From: Thermoplasmata archaeon
GTDB lineage: Archaea > Thermoplasmatota > Thermoplasmata > Lutacidiplasmatales > UBA184
Direction of reading: 5' to 3'
Assembly: GCA_035622275.1 (NCBI GenBank)
Contig: DASPVQ010000006.1
Location: forward strand, 2,455 to 66,454
DNA: 64,000 bases
Shown piece by piece: positions 54,421-64,000 of this stretch (position 1 is its first letter; every line of letters begins with the position of its first letter). Both the position numbers and the translations under genes were made by a program. The notes beneath the pieces were generated by a model. The model was not told the origin of the DNA and did not search any database. It was given only the letters and a program-made list of their open reading frames with translations.

Positions 54421-55705
54421 CGGTCTCGCCTCCGCTCTCGCCACCCTCGCCGTTCTCGTTGTCGAGGTGGACGATCGTCGTGCCGTAGTAGGTCTCGTTG
54501 TTGAGCTCGTTGAGCGCGGCCGAGGAGTACGCGAGGGGCAGGGGCGACAGCGTCGCGTCCCCCGTCAGCCAGTAGACGTAGGTCAGCAGCCAGGTCGCCG
54601 TCGAGAGGCTCACCGCGCCGGAGTAGGCGGTGCCGAGGTCCCGGAAGAGCCCGGCGTAGGTCAGCAGCGAGATCGGGTAGCTGCCCACCGCCGACGCCCC
54701 GACCAGCGAGAGGTTCGACCAGGCACCGGTCAGGACGGCGGTGGCGCTCGCGAACGACTCGGCGGCCGCCCAGGTGCTCACCGCGTTCGGGCCCACGAAC
54801 CCCCCCGCCGCGTCCTCGATCTGCGCGACGCCGAGGCCGGCCGGGCTCGGGCCCACGAGGTCGAGGTAGCCGATCGCCCCGGGGCTCTGGGAGACCGCGG
54901 TCGCCATCGCCGCGTCCGTCGGCTCGGGGGTCCCGATCGGCCAGGCGACCGAGAGCCCCGCGCCGACGGAGCCGTTCCAGCTGGGACTGGAGCCGGCGAG
55001 GAACTCGGTGAGCACGTCGTTCGCGGCCGTCGCACCCCCGTCGTGGAACACCTCGATCGGTGGGGTGCCCGAGAGGTCGAGCGTCGGGTTCAGGGCGGCG
55101 ATCGCCGGGTCCGACCAGGACGTGATCGAGCCGGAGAAGATGCCGGAGAGGACGGGTCCCGAGAGGTTGAGCGCGCCGCCGATCCCAGGCAGATCGTAGA
55201 CGATCCCGACCGCGGACAGCGCGATGGGCACGAACGCGAGGCTCGACGGCGGTTCGCCCGAGGACGGGGCCCCGGGCGCGAGGTACTGGGCGGCGAAGAC
55301 GATGGCCGGATCGGACAGGAGCGGCGAGAAGCCGGCGGAGCCCGAGTCCGTCAGATTAAGATGCACGCAGCCCCCGACCGCGTCGGACAGCTGGCCGCCG
55401 GCCGCGTCGAGCCAGGCCAGCAAGGACGCGTCGAGTTCCGAGGAGAGCGCCCCGGAGAGCAGCACCGGCGAGCCGGAGCAGGTCTGCGTCTGGAAGCCCC
55501 CGCCGCCCGACGGTTCCACCCGCAGGTTGATCCAGCCCGTGACCTCGCCGACGCCCGCGGCGATCACGATGAGCGCGACGACGACCGCGAGCGCCCCCCA
55601 CGGGTCGGTAAGATGGCGGCGCGGCAGGACGATCCCGGCCGCGTGAGCGTCGCGCTCGAAACCGGCCTCGAGGTCGTCGGGGTCCTTCGCCTCCCTTTCC
55701 ACCAT
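54410..55705 (-). CDS. Membrane-anchored PstS-like substrate-binding protein
   Basis: TM anchor; PIALSAVGIVYDL, GIFSGSITSWSDPAIAALNP, PGAIGYL and YPISLLTY motifs. Confidence 0.8.
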   Translation of the reverse strand: MVEREAKDPDDLEAGFERDAHAAGIVLPRRHLTDPWGALAVVVALIVIAAGVGEVTGWINLRVEPSGGGGFQTQTCSGSPVLLSGALSSELDASLLAWLDAAGGQLSDAVGGCVHLNLTDSGSAGFSPLLSDPAIVFAAQYLAPGAPSSGEPPSSLAFVPIALSAVGIVYDLPGIGGALNLSGPVLSGIFSGSITSWSDPAIAALNPTLDLSGTPPIEVFHDGGATAANDVLTEFLAGSSPSWNGSVGAGLSVAWPIGTPEPTDAAMATAVSQSPGAIGYLDLVGPSPAGLGVAQIEDAAGGFVGPNAVSTWAAAESFASATAVLTGAWSNLSLVGASAVGSYPISLLTYAGLFRDLGTAYSGAVSLSTATWLLTYVYWLTGDATLSPLPLAYSSAALNELNNETYYGTTIVHLDNENGEGGESGGETGEF

Positions 55706-55872
55706 GATCGCGCGACGAACCTCGGGAGAACTCCCACCGATAGTACGCCGAATCGAGAGATATAGAATCTTCCGGGCCCCTGGGGCCCCCCGCGGGCGGT
55801 CGGACCCCCGGCCTCCCGTGCTCCGCAGAGGGGTCCGGCAAGGCTTGAATCCCCGACGAGGGTCGGTGGCGC

Positions 55873-57543
55873 GTGACCCGCACGCTCGAGTCCGGCCGTG
55901 TGGTCCGGGCGCCCCGAGGCGCCGAGCGAAGCTGCCGGGGGTGGGCCCAGGAGGCGGCCCTCCGCCTGCTGCAGAACAACCTCGATCCCGAGGTCGCCCA
56001 CGACCCGCGGCGGCTGATCGTCTACGGTGGCCGCGGCAAGGCCGCGCGGGATTGGGAGTCGTTCGATCGGATCGTGGCGGCGCTCCGGGCGCTCGGCAAC
56101 GAGGAGACGCTGCTGGTCCAGTCCGGTAAGCCGGTCGGGGTGTTTCCCACCCACGCGGACGCCCCGCGGGTCCTGATCGCGAACGCCCTGATCGTGCCGC
56201 GGTGGGCGACGGACGAGGTGTTCTGGGACCTCGAGGCACGCGGGCTGACCATGTACGGCCAGATGACCGCGGGCAGCTGGATCTACATCGGGACCCAGGG
56301 CATCCTGCAGGGCACCTACGAGACCCTCGCCTCGCTCGCCCGCCTCGAGTTCGGAGCCGGGGATCTCGCCGGCCGCTGGATGCTCTCCTCCGGACTCGGG
56401 GAGATGGGCGGGGCTCAGCCGTTGGCCGTAACGATGCTCGGGGGGGTCGCGCTGATCGTCGATGTCGATCCGCAGGCGCTCGCCCGCCAGCTCGAGCACC
56501 GCTACCTCGACGTCGCGGCGTCCGATCTCGACGACGCGCTGGGACGGGTGCAGGAGGCGGTCGCGGCACGGCGACCGCTGTCGATCGGCCTGGCGGCCAA
56601 CGCGGCCGACGTCTATCCCGAGATCGTCCGACGCGGGGAGCGGCCCGACATCGTGAGCGACCAGACGGCCGCCCACGATCTCACGGTCGGCTACCTGCCG
56701 CAGGGGCTGAGCGTCGAGGAGGCGGCGACCGTGCGCCGCTTCGATCCGAAGGGATACCTGGCGAAGGTCCGCGCCTCCCTGGCCACCGAGGCCGAGGCGG
56801 TCCTCGAGCTGCAACGGCGAGGAGCGCGGGTCTTCGACTACGGCAACAACTTCCGCGCGCAGGCGAAGGAGGCCGGGGTCGCGCGCGCCTTCGACATCCC
56901 GGGCTACGTGCCGAAGTACATCCGGCCCCTCTTCGCCATCGGGAGCGGCCCGTTCCGCTGGCTGGCCCTCAGCGGGGAGCCGGAGGACATCCGGGCCATC
57001 GATGCGATGATCCTGCGCGAGTTCGCCGATCGGGACGCGCTGTGCCGGTGGATCCGGCTCGCGGGCGAGCGCGTCCGCTTCCAAGGGCTGCCGGCCCGCA
57101 TCTGCTACATGGGCTACGGCGACCGGGAGCGCTTCGGCCACCTGGTCAACGCGCTCGTGCAGGACGGGAAGCTCGCCGCCCCCATCGCCATCGGGCGCGA
57201 CCACCACGACACGGGCAGCGTCGCGAGCCCGTACCGGGAGACCGAGGGCATGCGCGACGGATCGGACGCGATCGCAGACTGGCCGATCCTCAACGCCCTG
57301 CTCAACGTCGCGAGCGGGGCGAGCTGGGTGTCCGTCCACCACGGCGGCGGCGTGGGGATCGGCAACTCGATCCACGCCGGCCTCGTGATCGTCGCGGACG
57401 GCACTGCGGACGCCGACCGTCGGATCGGACGCGTGCTGCACAACGACCCCGGCCTCGGCGTCGCGCGCCACGCCGACGCCGGCTACCCGGAGTCGCTCGC
57501 GATCGCCGCCGACGCCCGGTTCCGGCTGCCCGAGCCCCCCTGA
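55873..57543 (+). CDS. hutU: Urocanate hydratase
   Basis: [39 protein letters not shown]. Confidence 0.97.
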   Translation: MTRTLESGRVVRAPRGAERSCRGWAQEAALRLLQNNLDPEVAHDPRRLIVYGGRGKAARDWESFDRIVAALRALGNEETLLVQSGKPVGVFPTHADAPRVLIANALIVPRWATDEVFWDLEARGLTMYGQMTAGSWIYIGTQGILQGTYETLASLARLEFGAGDLAGRWMLSSGLGEMGGAQPLAVTMLGGVALIVDVDPQALARQLEHRYLDVAASDLDDALGRVQEAVAARRPLSIGLAANAADVYPEIVRRGERPDIVSDQTAAHDLTVGYLPQGLSVEEAATVRRFDPKGYLAKVRASLATEAEAVLELQRRGARVFDYGNNFRAQAKEAGVARAFDIPGYVPKYIRPLFAIGSGPFRWLALSGEPEDIRAIDAMILREFADRDALCRWIRLAGERVRFQGLPARICYMGYGDRERFGHLVNALVQDGKLAAPIAIGRDHHDTGSVASPYRETEGMRDGSDAIADWPILNALLNVASGASWVSVHHGGGVGIGNSIHAGLVIVADGTADADRRIGRVLHNDPGLGVARHADAGYPESLAIAADARFRLPEPP

Positions 57544-57700
57544 GCCCTCGGCGGGGCGGCCCTGCGACGCCGTAGCACACCGTCCAGCGAACGACCGCGG
57601 TCGCGACACCCGCGTTTAAGTGGGGGTGGCCCGCCTGACTACCCCGACGGAGCCACCTCCGTCCGAAAGCAAACGAAGCGAGGAACGAGGAAGGAAGAAA

Positions 57701-59128
57701 ATGTCAGCGATGAGCGGAACGAAAGGATGGCTCGTCCTGACGGGCGTCGCGGCGCTGCTGTGCCTGGCAGTCGTCCCGGCGTTCGCGGGCACGGCCAGCG
57801 CCTCCCCCGCCCCCGCCTCGACGGTCGATCCGTCGAATCAGTGGGCGTACGGCGGCGTCGGATATTCGAACAACACGGTGATCGTCGGCGATCAGGTGCT
57901 CACCTGGAACGCGTCGTTCGGCTGGACCGTCATCTTCACGGTGACGCCCACGCTGCCGAACACGACCCTGGTCGAGGAACAGCGCACGGTCGGGGTCGAC
58001 CTGACCGCGAAGTACTCGAGCCCGAGCGAGACCGCGACGTACAGCTTCCACGCGGACGAGTCGGACCTCGCGTTCGCGAACCTGACGAACGCCTCGACGG
58101 TCTATGAGAACGGGGTGCCGGTCCCGGCCCTCGGGATCATCAACGACTCGACGGCGATCACGGGCGCGATCGCGGAGCAGCTCAGCCTGACCGACAAGTC
58201 CGGAACGAAGTCCGCGAGCCTGGACGTCAACGCGAAGGCGAACGTCCTCGCCTCGTTCACGCCGGCGCTCGGCCTGATCCCCCTGAACCTCTCCGGAGCG
58301 ACCGAGTGGAACTCGACCGCCTGGATCAACCCGTCCGGCACCTGGAACATCACCTGGGCCTGGGCGAACAACGGGTTCGGCGGCGTGACCGGCTCGGGGT
58401 CGGGCGGCGCCAACGGCACCTCGGGCGTGGCGGGTCAGGTCAACCTGACCGGCTACGATGTCACCAAGACCTACGGCGTGCCGGTCTTCCCCGACCACAA
58501 GACGCGCCACGCGATCCTGCTGGTGATCGAGGGACCGCTCGGCAACTACGACGCGTTCGTGCTGACGCCGCGCCTCTTTGACCTGTTCGGAGGCTCGGCG
58601 CACGGCTACGACTCGGACGCGCTCGGGACGGCGTCGATCTCCTCGGAGACGCTCTACGTGAGCCAGGGCTCCTTCGGGCCCACGCCCACGGCGGGCGCGA
58701 CGACCTTCGGCGCGACCACGTCGGCGGTCAGCAGCCTGCAGATCTCCGGTGTGAGCCAGGCGTCGCCGGCGGCGAGCTCGTCCGCGGACCCCGGCGCGAC
58801 CGTGGTCGGCGGGCCGATGAGCGTCAGCGCGGCGCAGGCCGAGTCGAACTGCCTCACCAACGGCTGCGGCGCGGGACCAGCGGGCACGAGCCTCGGACTG
58901 CTCGTCCTGGGCGTCGGGATCGCGGTCGTGGCGACCGTCGGAACCGTGACCGTGGTCGAGTGGCGATCCTACGCGCGGCGCCGGGCCCAGAAGGGCCTGG
59001 TCGGTGGCTATGCGGAAGCCTGGCCGAACGGCGTTCCCCCTGCCGGCGGCCCCGCGGCCGCGTCGCCGCCATCGGGCCAGGCCCCCGCGAGCCCGAGTGG
59101 GCCGGAGCTGCCCCCCCGACAGTTCTGA
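57701..59128 (+). CDS. Secreted, C-terminally anchored surface (glyco)protein
   Basis: Signal peptide, Ser/Thr/Asn-rich body with many N-x-S/T sequons, C-terminal TM and Pro-rich tail. Confidence 0.7.
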   Translation: MSAMSGTKGWLVLTGVAALLCLAVVPAFAGTASASPAPASTVDPSNQWAYGGVGYSNNTVIVGDQVLTWNASFGWTVIFTVTPTLPNTTLVEEQRTVGVDLTAKYSSPSETATYSFHADESDLAFANLTNASTVYENGVPVPALGIINDSTAITGAIAEQLSLTDKSGTKSASLDVNAKANVLASFTPALGLIPLNLSGATEWNSTAWINPSGTWNITWAWANNGFGGVTGSGSGGANGTSGVAGQVNLTGYDVTKTYGVPVFPDHKTRHAILLVIEGPLGNYDAFVLTPRLFDLFGGSAHGYDSDALGTASISSETLYVSQGSFGPTPTAGATTFGATTSAVSSLQISGVSQASPAASSSADPGATVVGGPMSVSAAQAESNCLTNGCGAGPAGTSLGLLVLGVGIAVVATVGTVTVVEWRSYARRRAQKGLVGGYAEAWPNGVPPAGGPAAASPPSGQAPASPSGPELPPRQF

Positions 59129-59140
59129 GCGCCCCGCGCC

Positions 59141-59189
59141 CGGTGGGTCCCTTCGGGGACCCACCGTAACCCCTTCGCTACCCTTTTTT
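59141..59189 (+). terminator. Hairpin plus T-tract terminator
   Basis: Perfect 11-bp stem CGGTGGGTCCC/GGGACCCACCG with a TTCG loop, followed by TTTTTT at 59184-59189. Confidence 0.7.
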
Positions 59190-59656
59190 CACGCGGAACG
59201 AGGGCGGGCCGCGAGGCGTCGCTGCGCCGCCTCGACGACCGTCCGGTCGAGGTCATAGGCCAATCGGGTCCGCGCTTCCGCGAGCGGCAGCCAGTCCGCT
59301 CGGTCGAACGTGGCCTCCAGGTGGACGGTCCGCTCGTCCGTCCGCCCGAGGAAGTAGATCACGGTCTTGTGGACGTTGCGCGAGCGCGGCGGCTGGTAGA
59401 AGCGATAGTTGACCTCGCACAGCTCCCGTTCCAGCACGACGTGGGAGAGCCCGGTCTCCTCCCGCACCTCCCGTAGGGCCGCGGTCCCGAGCGACTCGCC
59501 CGGGTCAACATGGCCCTTGGGGAAACACCAGCGGTCCTCGTCCGCCTGGTGCAGGACGAGCGCGGTGGCCCCGTCCTCGGGCACCACCACCGCCCCGGCG
59601 GCGATCTCCGGGACGATCGGGGCGTCCGGCCGGTACGGCTCGCTGCGGGCCCGCAC
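59189..59656 (-). CDS. NUDIX hydrolase
   Basis: Nudix box PKGHVDPGESLGTAALREVREETG; start approximate. Confidence 0.9.
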   Translation of the reverse strand: MRARSEPYRPDAPIVPEIAAGAVVVPEDGATALVLHQADEDRWCFPKGHVDPGESLGTAALREVREETGLSHVVLERELCEVNYRFYQPPRSRNVHKTVIYFLGRTDERTVHLEATFDRADWLPLAEARTRLAYDLDRTVVEAAQRRLAARPRSA

Positions 59657-59741
59657 GCGGCGGCCAAGGAAGGGGCGGCTAAGAAGGCTCGCGGCGGGCG
59701 CGCGCTGCAGCCTTAAGACGCGCGACGCCTCGGCGGGCGGG

Positions 59742-61328
59742 ATGCTGGCGCCCGGCGAGGAGTACCACGACCTCGCCACGCTCGTGCGCGAGAAAGCCCG
59801 CAAGAACGGCGAGAGGATCGCGTTGCGCTTCCGCGAGCGGGCGCTCAGCTACCGCACGCTGGACCAGGAGTCGGACCGCATCGCATCGGGGCTCGCCGAC
59901 GCCGGCCTTCGCCCGGGCGAGCGCGTGGCCGCGCTCCTGTTCAACACGCCAGAGTTCCCGCTCCTCTGGTTCGCCCTGGCCAAGCGGCGGCTCGTGCTCG
60001 TGCCGCTCAACACGGGCCTCAAGGGGGAGATCCTGCGCTACGAGCTCGCCGATTGCGCGCCGTCCGGCCTCGTGATCGACCGTCGGCTGTGGGACACCTA
60101 CGCCCCGCTCCGTGCCGGTCTCGGCCTCCCGAGAGAGTGGGTCGTCGATCGGGACGGCGGAGCGCTGCCCCCCGGCGCCGTGAACTTCGCGGCGCTGCCC
60201 AGCGAGCGCGCGGCGCCGCCGCTCGATGCCCCGGGGGCCGCCGAGCCGGTCGCGGTGCTGTACACGAGCGGAACCACCGGGCCGCCGAAGGGAGCAGTGA
60301 TCCCGCACGAGAAACCGATCGCGACCGCGCGGGAGATCGGCTTGCGCAGCCGGCTGACCGCCGACAGCGTGCTGTTCACCGCGCTGCCGCTCTTCCACTG
60401 CAACGCGCAGGAGATGACGGCCCTCACGGCGCTGCTGAACGACCTGACCGCCGCGTTCGACGAGCGCTTCTCGGCGAGCCTCTTCTGGGAGACCGCGGCC
60501 CGCTTCGGCGCGACGCACGTCTCGCTGCTGATCTCGATGATCAACGTCCTCTACAAGCAGCCCGGTAAGGAGACCGACCGGACCCATGCGGTACGGACCG
60601 CCCTCACGGCCGGCACGACCCGCGCGATCTGGCCGGAGTTCGAGCGACGCTTCGGGCTCACGATCGTCGAACTGTACGGGATGACCGAGTGCGGCTGCAC
60701 GACCCTGATGAACCCGCCCGGAGCGATCCGGGTCGGCTCGGTCGGAACACCTCTCGGATTCATCGAGGCGGACGTGGTCGACGACGACGACCGCCCGGTG
60801 GCGGACGGGGTGCGGGGCGAGCTCGTGGTGCGGCCGCGCGCACCGTTCACGATGTTCTCTGGCTACCTCGGGAAGCCGGAGAAGACGGTCGAGGCGTGGC
60901 GGAACCTGTGGTTCCACACCGGCGACTACGTCACGCGCGACGCCGACGGCTACTACTACTTCGTGGACCGCAAGAAGGACGTCATCCGTCGGCGCGGCGA
61001 GAACCTGGCGCCCTACGACGTCGAGAGCGTGCTCAACCGTCACCCGGCCGTCTTCGAGACGGTGGTGGTCGGGGTCCCGTCCCCCCTCGGCGAGGAGGAC
61101 GTCAAGGCGTTCGTCCAGCTCCGGCCCGGGGCGAGCGCCTCGCCCCGCGAGCTGTTCGAGTACTGTGTCGTCCACCTGCCGTACTTCATGGTCCCGAAGT
61201 ACCTCGAGTTCATCGACGAGATCCCGAAGACCGCGAACCAGAAGGCGCAGCGGTTCGTCCTCCGGGACCGCTCGACGGGAACCCAGTACGACCGCGAGGA
61301 GCTCGGTGTCGTCGCCCGGCCCCGCTGA
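59742..61328 (+). CDS. Acyl-CoA synthetase (CaiC-like AMP-binding enzyme)
   Basis: YTSGTTGPPKG, YGMTE, FHTGD, DRKKDVIRRRGEN. Confidence 0.93.
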   Translation: MLAPGEEYHDLATLVREKARKNGERIALRFRERALSYRTLDQESDRIASGLADAGLRPGERVAALLFNTPEFPLLWFALAKRRLVLVPLNTGLKGEILRYELADCAPSGLVIDRRLWDTYAPLRAGLGLPREWVVDRDGGALPPGAVNFAALPSERAAPPLDAPGAAEPVAVLYTSGTTGPPKGAVIPHEKPIATAREIGLRSRLTADSVLFTALPLFHCNAQEMTALTALLNDLTAAFDERFSASLFWETAARFGATHVSLLISMINVLYKQPGKETDRTHAVRTALTAGTTRAIWPEFERRFGLTIVELYGMTECGCTTLMNPPGAIRVGSVGTPLGFIEADVVDDDDRPVADGVRGELVVRPRAPFTMFSGYLGKPEKTVEAWRNLWFHTGDYVTRDADGYYYFVDRKKDVIRRRGENLAPYDVESVLNRHPAVFETVVVGVPSPLGEEDVKAFVQLRPGASASPRELFEYCVVHLPYFMVPKYLEFIDEIPKTANQKAQRFVLRDRSTGTQYDREELGVVARPR

Positions 61329-61356
61329 GCCGACCGCACCTCGCCGCCGGCCGCTC

Positions 61357-61731
61357 GTGCTCCTGGACGCGAACGCACTGTTCCTCCCGGGGACGGTCGG
61401 CTTCCCGCTCGATGCCGAGATTGAGCGCCTGGTACCGGGAGCGCACGTCGCCGTCGCCGAATCAGTGCGGCGGGAGCTCGAGCGGCTCGTCGCCACGGGC
61501 GAGCCTCGGGCCGCCCTCGCGCGGACGCTCGCTACGCGCTACGACGCGATAGCGGAGTCGTCCGAGGGCGACGAGGGCGTCGTGGCGTGCGCGGCGCGGG
61601 AGCGGGCGGTCGTCGTGACCGCGGACCGGGCCCTCCGGGCGCGCCTGCTCGCGCTCGGGCTCGACGTGCTCAGCCCGCGGGACCGCCACCGCCTGGAGCG
61701 CACGCGCGGCCGCGCCCGAGACAACGGTTAA
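61357..61731 (+). CDS. PIN-domain nuclease (archaeal Fcf1/Utp24-like)
   Basis: VLLDANAL, E in RELE, GDEGVV and VVTADRAL motifs. Confidence 0.82.
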   Translation: MLLDANALFLPGTVGFPLDAEIERLVPGAHVAVAESVRRELERLVATGEPRAALARTLATRYDAIAESSEGDEGVVACAARERAVVVTADRALRARLLALGLDVLSPRDRHRLERTRGRARDNG

Positions 61732-61759
61732 GACTCGTCCCCGGCTCCGAACGGATCGG

Positions 61760-62809
61760 ATGCGCGACGACGACCGGATGCTGGACCTTCCCGAGGAGTT
61801 CGGGAGCGGCATCGTCGGGGTGTGCGACATCTGCGGCACGCGCCAGGCGGTCATCATCCTGCAGAAGGAGCGCTACAAGCTCTGCGTCCTCGACTTCCTC
61901 AACAAGACCTGGCTCCAGTCCGAGAAGAAGCCCGGCGCTCCGGCGCCGCTCTACCGGAGCGACCGGATCTGGTTCGAGACCCGGACGGTCCCGGAGGGCA
62001 AGGCGCCGGCGATCGTCCTCACGCCGACCAAGATCGTCAAGCACCCGGTCGTCCTGATCACGCCGGACGTCTTCGGCATCACCACCACGCTGCTCGACGC
62101 GGCGATCCGCTTCGCACGCGAGGGCTGCGAGGTGATGATCCCCGATCTCGGGAAGACCGGGGGCATCGGCCCCGCCCACCACCTCGCCCTGCGCACCGGC
62201 CGGCAGTTCCGCGGCGGGGTCTCGCCGCGCTCGAAGCGGGTCCTCACGCTGGTGAACCTGTACGCGGACGCGCTCTCCGCGCTGCGGGCGCGCGAGATGG
62301 TCGATGCGACGAAGTCCGCGGTCTTCGGAGTCTCCTACGGAGGGAGCCTGGCGCTCGCGGTAGCGGCCGAGGACACCCGCCTCGCCGCGGTCGTGCTCGC
62401 CTACCCACAGCCGGTCTCGCCCGCGGGTCTTCCCAAGCTCGTGACCGCACCGATCCTCTACGTCGGCGGCACCGACGATCGCAGCGCCGCCCGCGCGCGG
62501 GCGCAGCTCGCAGCCGCGCGCGGGACGCGCGGGGTGTCGATCGAGCTCGACGACGTGGCGGGGGCCCGCCACGGCTTCCTCGCGCGGGACCTGGGGGCCT
62601 ACGACCTGGCGCGGGCCGAGGCCGCCTGGGCGCGGATCCTCGGGTTCGTCAAGCAGCAGCTGCTTCCCCCGCCCCCGAAGCCGCCCGTCCCCCCGACGGT
62701 CAGCGCGGCCGCCGTGCTGCCCCGGCCCCCGGCGCCGTCGGCAGCCGCGCCGGCGCCCCCGGCGTCGGCGACCTCTGCCCCCCCCACGACCGCGCCGCGT
62801 TCGATCTGA
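61760..62809 (+). CDS. Dienelactone-hydrolase-like alpha/beta hydrolase with N-terminal Cys-motif domain
   Basis: GVSYGG nucleophile elbow, GTDD, HGF; N-terminal CDICG...C; Pro/Ala-rich tail. Confidence 0.75.
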   Translation: MRDDDRMLDLPEEFGSGIVGVCDICGTRQAVIILQKERYKLCVLDFLNKTWLQSEKKPGAPAPLYRSDRIWFETRTVPEGKAPAIVLTPTKIVKHPVVLITPDVFGITTTLLDAAIRFAREGCEVMIPDLGKTGGIGPAHHLALRTGRQFRGGVSPRSKRVLTLVNLYADALSALRAREMVDATKSAVFGVSYGGSLALAVAAEDTRLAAVVLAYPQPVSPAGLPKLVTAPILYVGGTDDRSAARARAQLAAARGTRGVSIELDDVAGARHGFLARDLGAYDLARAEAAWARILGFVKQQLLPPPPKPPVPPTVSAAAVLPRPPAPSAAAPAPPASATSAPPTTAPRSI

Positions 62810-62825
62810 GCGGGCGGTGCGGTCC

Positions 62826-63218
62826 TCAGCCCGGGACGTTCGAGGCGGTCTCGACGAGCTCCTTGGCCGCCCGCGTGAAGCGCATCAGCTTGGCGAGGTT
62901 GCCGCGCACCCGGAACGTGCCATCGAGGATCGCCTTCACGGGGTCGATCTCGTGGCGCATCAGGCGCGCCCAGTTCTCCGGGGAACCCTCGTAGACGAAC
63001 TCGGCCGCGACGCTCCGGGCGTCGGCGTGGTAGTGGGCGGCGCGGCAGGTGCCGCTGGCAAGATCGAGGAGGACCCCGGGCGCCGGGGCGTTGGGATCCT
63101 CCGGCTGCACGCGCAGCAGGATGTCGCCCGCCCAGGCTCGAGCCGCCTCGGCGTACGCTGCATTCGCATTGATCGCCCGCTGGAAAGCGCTCGCCCACTC
63201 CGCGGACGGGAAGGTCAT
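62826..63218 (-). CDS. SCP2 sterol-carrier-like protein
   Basis: FPSAEW N-terminus; IDPVKAILDGTFRVRGNL motif. Confidence 0.8.
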   Translation of the reverse strand: MTFPSAEWASAFQRAINANAAYAEAARAWAGDILLRVQPEDPNAPAPGVLLDLASGTCRAAHYHADARSVAAEFVYEGSPENWARLMRHEIDPVKAILDGTFRVRGNLAKLMRFTRAAKELVETASNVPG

Positions 63219-63255
63219 GGCGGCGGAGCGGCGGCGGCCGATTTAGGGCTTCGGG

Positions 63256-63999
63256 TCAGCTGTCCGTGTACTCGTAGAAGCCGCGGCCGGTCTTCCGGCC
63301 GAGATGCCCGGCGGCGACGAGCTGCCGCAGGAGGACCGACGGCTTGTACTTGGGGTCGCCGAACTCGCGATAGAGCGTCTCCGCCACCTCGAGCGACACG
63401 TCCAGCCCGACGAGGTCGGCGAGCTCGAACGGGCCCATCGGCATCCCCGCGCCCGCCTTCATCGCCGCGTCGATGTCGCGCGACGAGGCGAGGCCCTCCG
63501 CCAGCGCCGCGCTCGCCTCAGCGAGGACCGGCGCCAGGACCCGGTTCACGACGAACGCGGGCGACTCCTTGACCCGGATCGGGACGAGCGGGTAGCGGTG
63601 GTTCTTCAGCCCGCCGAGGAACTCGATCGCGTCGGTCACGACGTCCTCGCGCGTGTCGATGCCGCCGGCGACCTCGACGAGCGGCAGGGTGTACGGCGGG
63701 TTGAAGAAGTGCATCGCGAGGGTCTGCCGGACATGGCCGAGGCTCCGGGCGAGCTCGGTGACGGACAGCGAGGAGGTGTTGGTCGCCAGCACCGCGTAGT
63801 CCGGGATCTTCGCGTCGAGGGCCTCGAGCACCGGACGCTTGACCTCCGTTCGCTCGAAGACCGCCTCGATCACGAGGTCGACGTCTCCGAAGGCATCGTA
63901 GTCGGTGACGCCGTGGACGCGGCCGACGACCTGGTCGGCCCGCTCGCGAGAGAACTTCGGGGCGAGCTGCTGGGCGATCCGAGCGCGCTGGGTGTCGGA
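63256..63999 (-). CDS. 3-hydroxyacyl-CoA dehydrogenase (5' partial)
   Basis: VIEAVFE, ATNTSSL, MHFFNP, GFVVNR-like, MGPFELAD; frame is open to the window edge. Confidence 0.93.
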   Translation of the reverse strand, partial: SDTQRARIAQQLAPKFSRERADQVVGRVHGVTDYDAFGDVDLVIEAVFERTEVKRPVLEALDAKIPDYAVLATNTSSLSVTELARSLGHVRQTLAMHFFNPPYTLPLVEVAGGIDTREDVVTDAIEFLGGLKNHRYPLVPIRVKESPAFVVNRVLAPVLAEASAALAEGLASSRDIDAAMKAGAGMPMGPFELADLVGLDVSLEVAETLYREFGDPKYKPSVLLRQLVAAGHLGRKTGRGFYEYTDS

Positions 64000-64000
64000 G

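Noticed and set aside
1-64000. CRISPR array, rRNA genes or IS elements
   Set aside because: No regularly spaced repeats, rRNA-like sequence or transposase motifs were seen.

Overview
High-GC archaeal chromosome segment. The gene set (pyrBI, bacterial-type ThrRS, Mre11/Rad50, ABCE1, RFC large subunit, MptA/FolE2, archaeal pilin, C/D-box sRNA, type-A RNase P RNA) is most consistent with a Thermoplasmata archaeon (inference). Most of the window is housekeeping or metabolic. Main points: (1) A ~4.2 kb integrative element (5241-9428) sits in the 3' end of the RNase P RNA gene rather than a tRNA. It has 28-bp direct repeats and a tyrosine integrase, and carries an ApeA-like HEPN RNase plus a coupled C39-like peptidase/unknown-protein pair, a candidate new defence module. 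(2) An unannotated C/D-box guide sRNA lies before thrS. (3) A rearranged SUF Fe-S cluster has a LAGLIDADG intein in SufB, a codon-anomalous tract beside the intein, and a shared promoter motif. (4) A SufR-CysM-JAB-[Ubl-E1-rhodanese fusion] sulfur-relay operon follows, in which cysM has no canonical start codon. (5) The RFC large subunit carries an 82-aa segment resembling a GH42 helical subdomain. (6) A 39-aa Cys/His microprotein missed by the ORF track lies next to a B12-radical SAM gene. No CRISPR array or rRNA was seen. All family assignments are by eye from motifs; no database searches were run.
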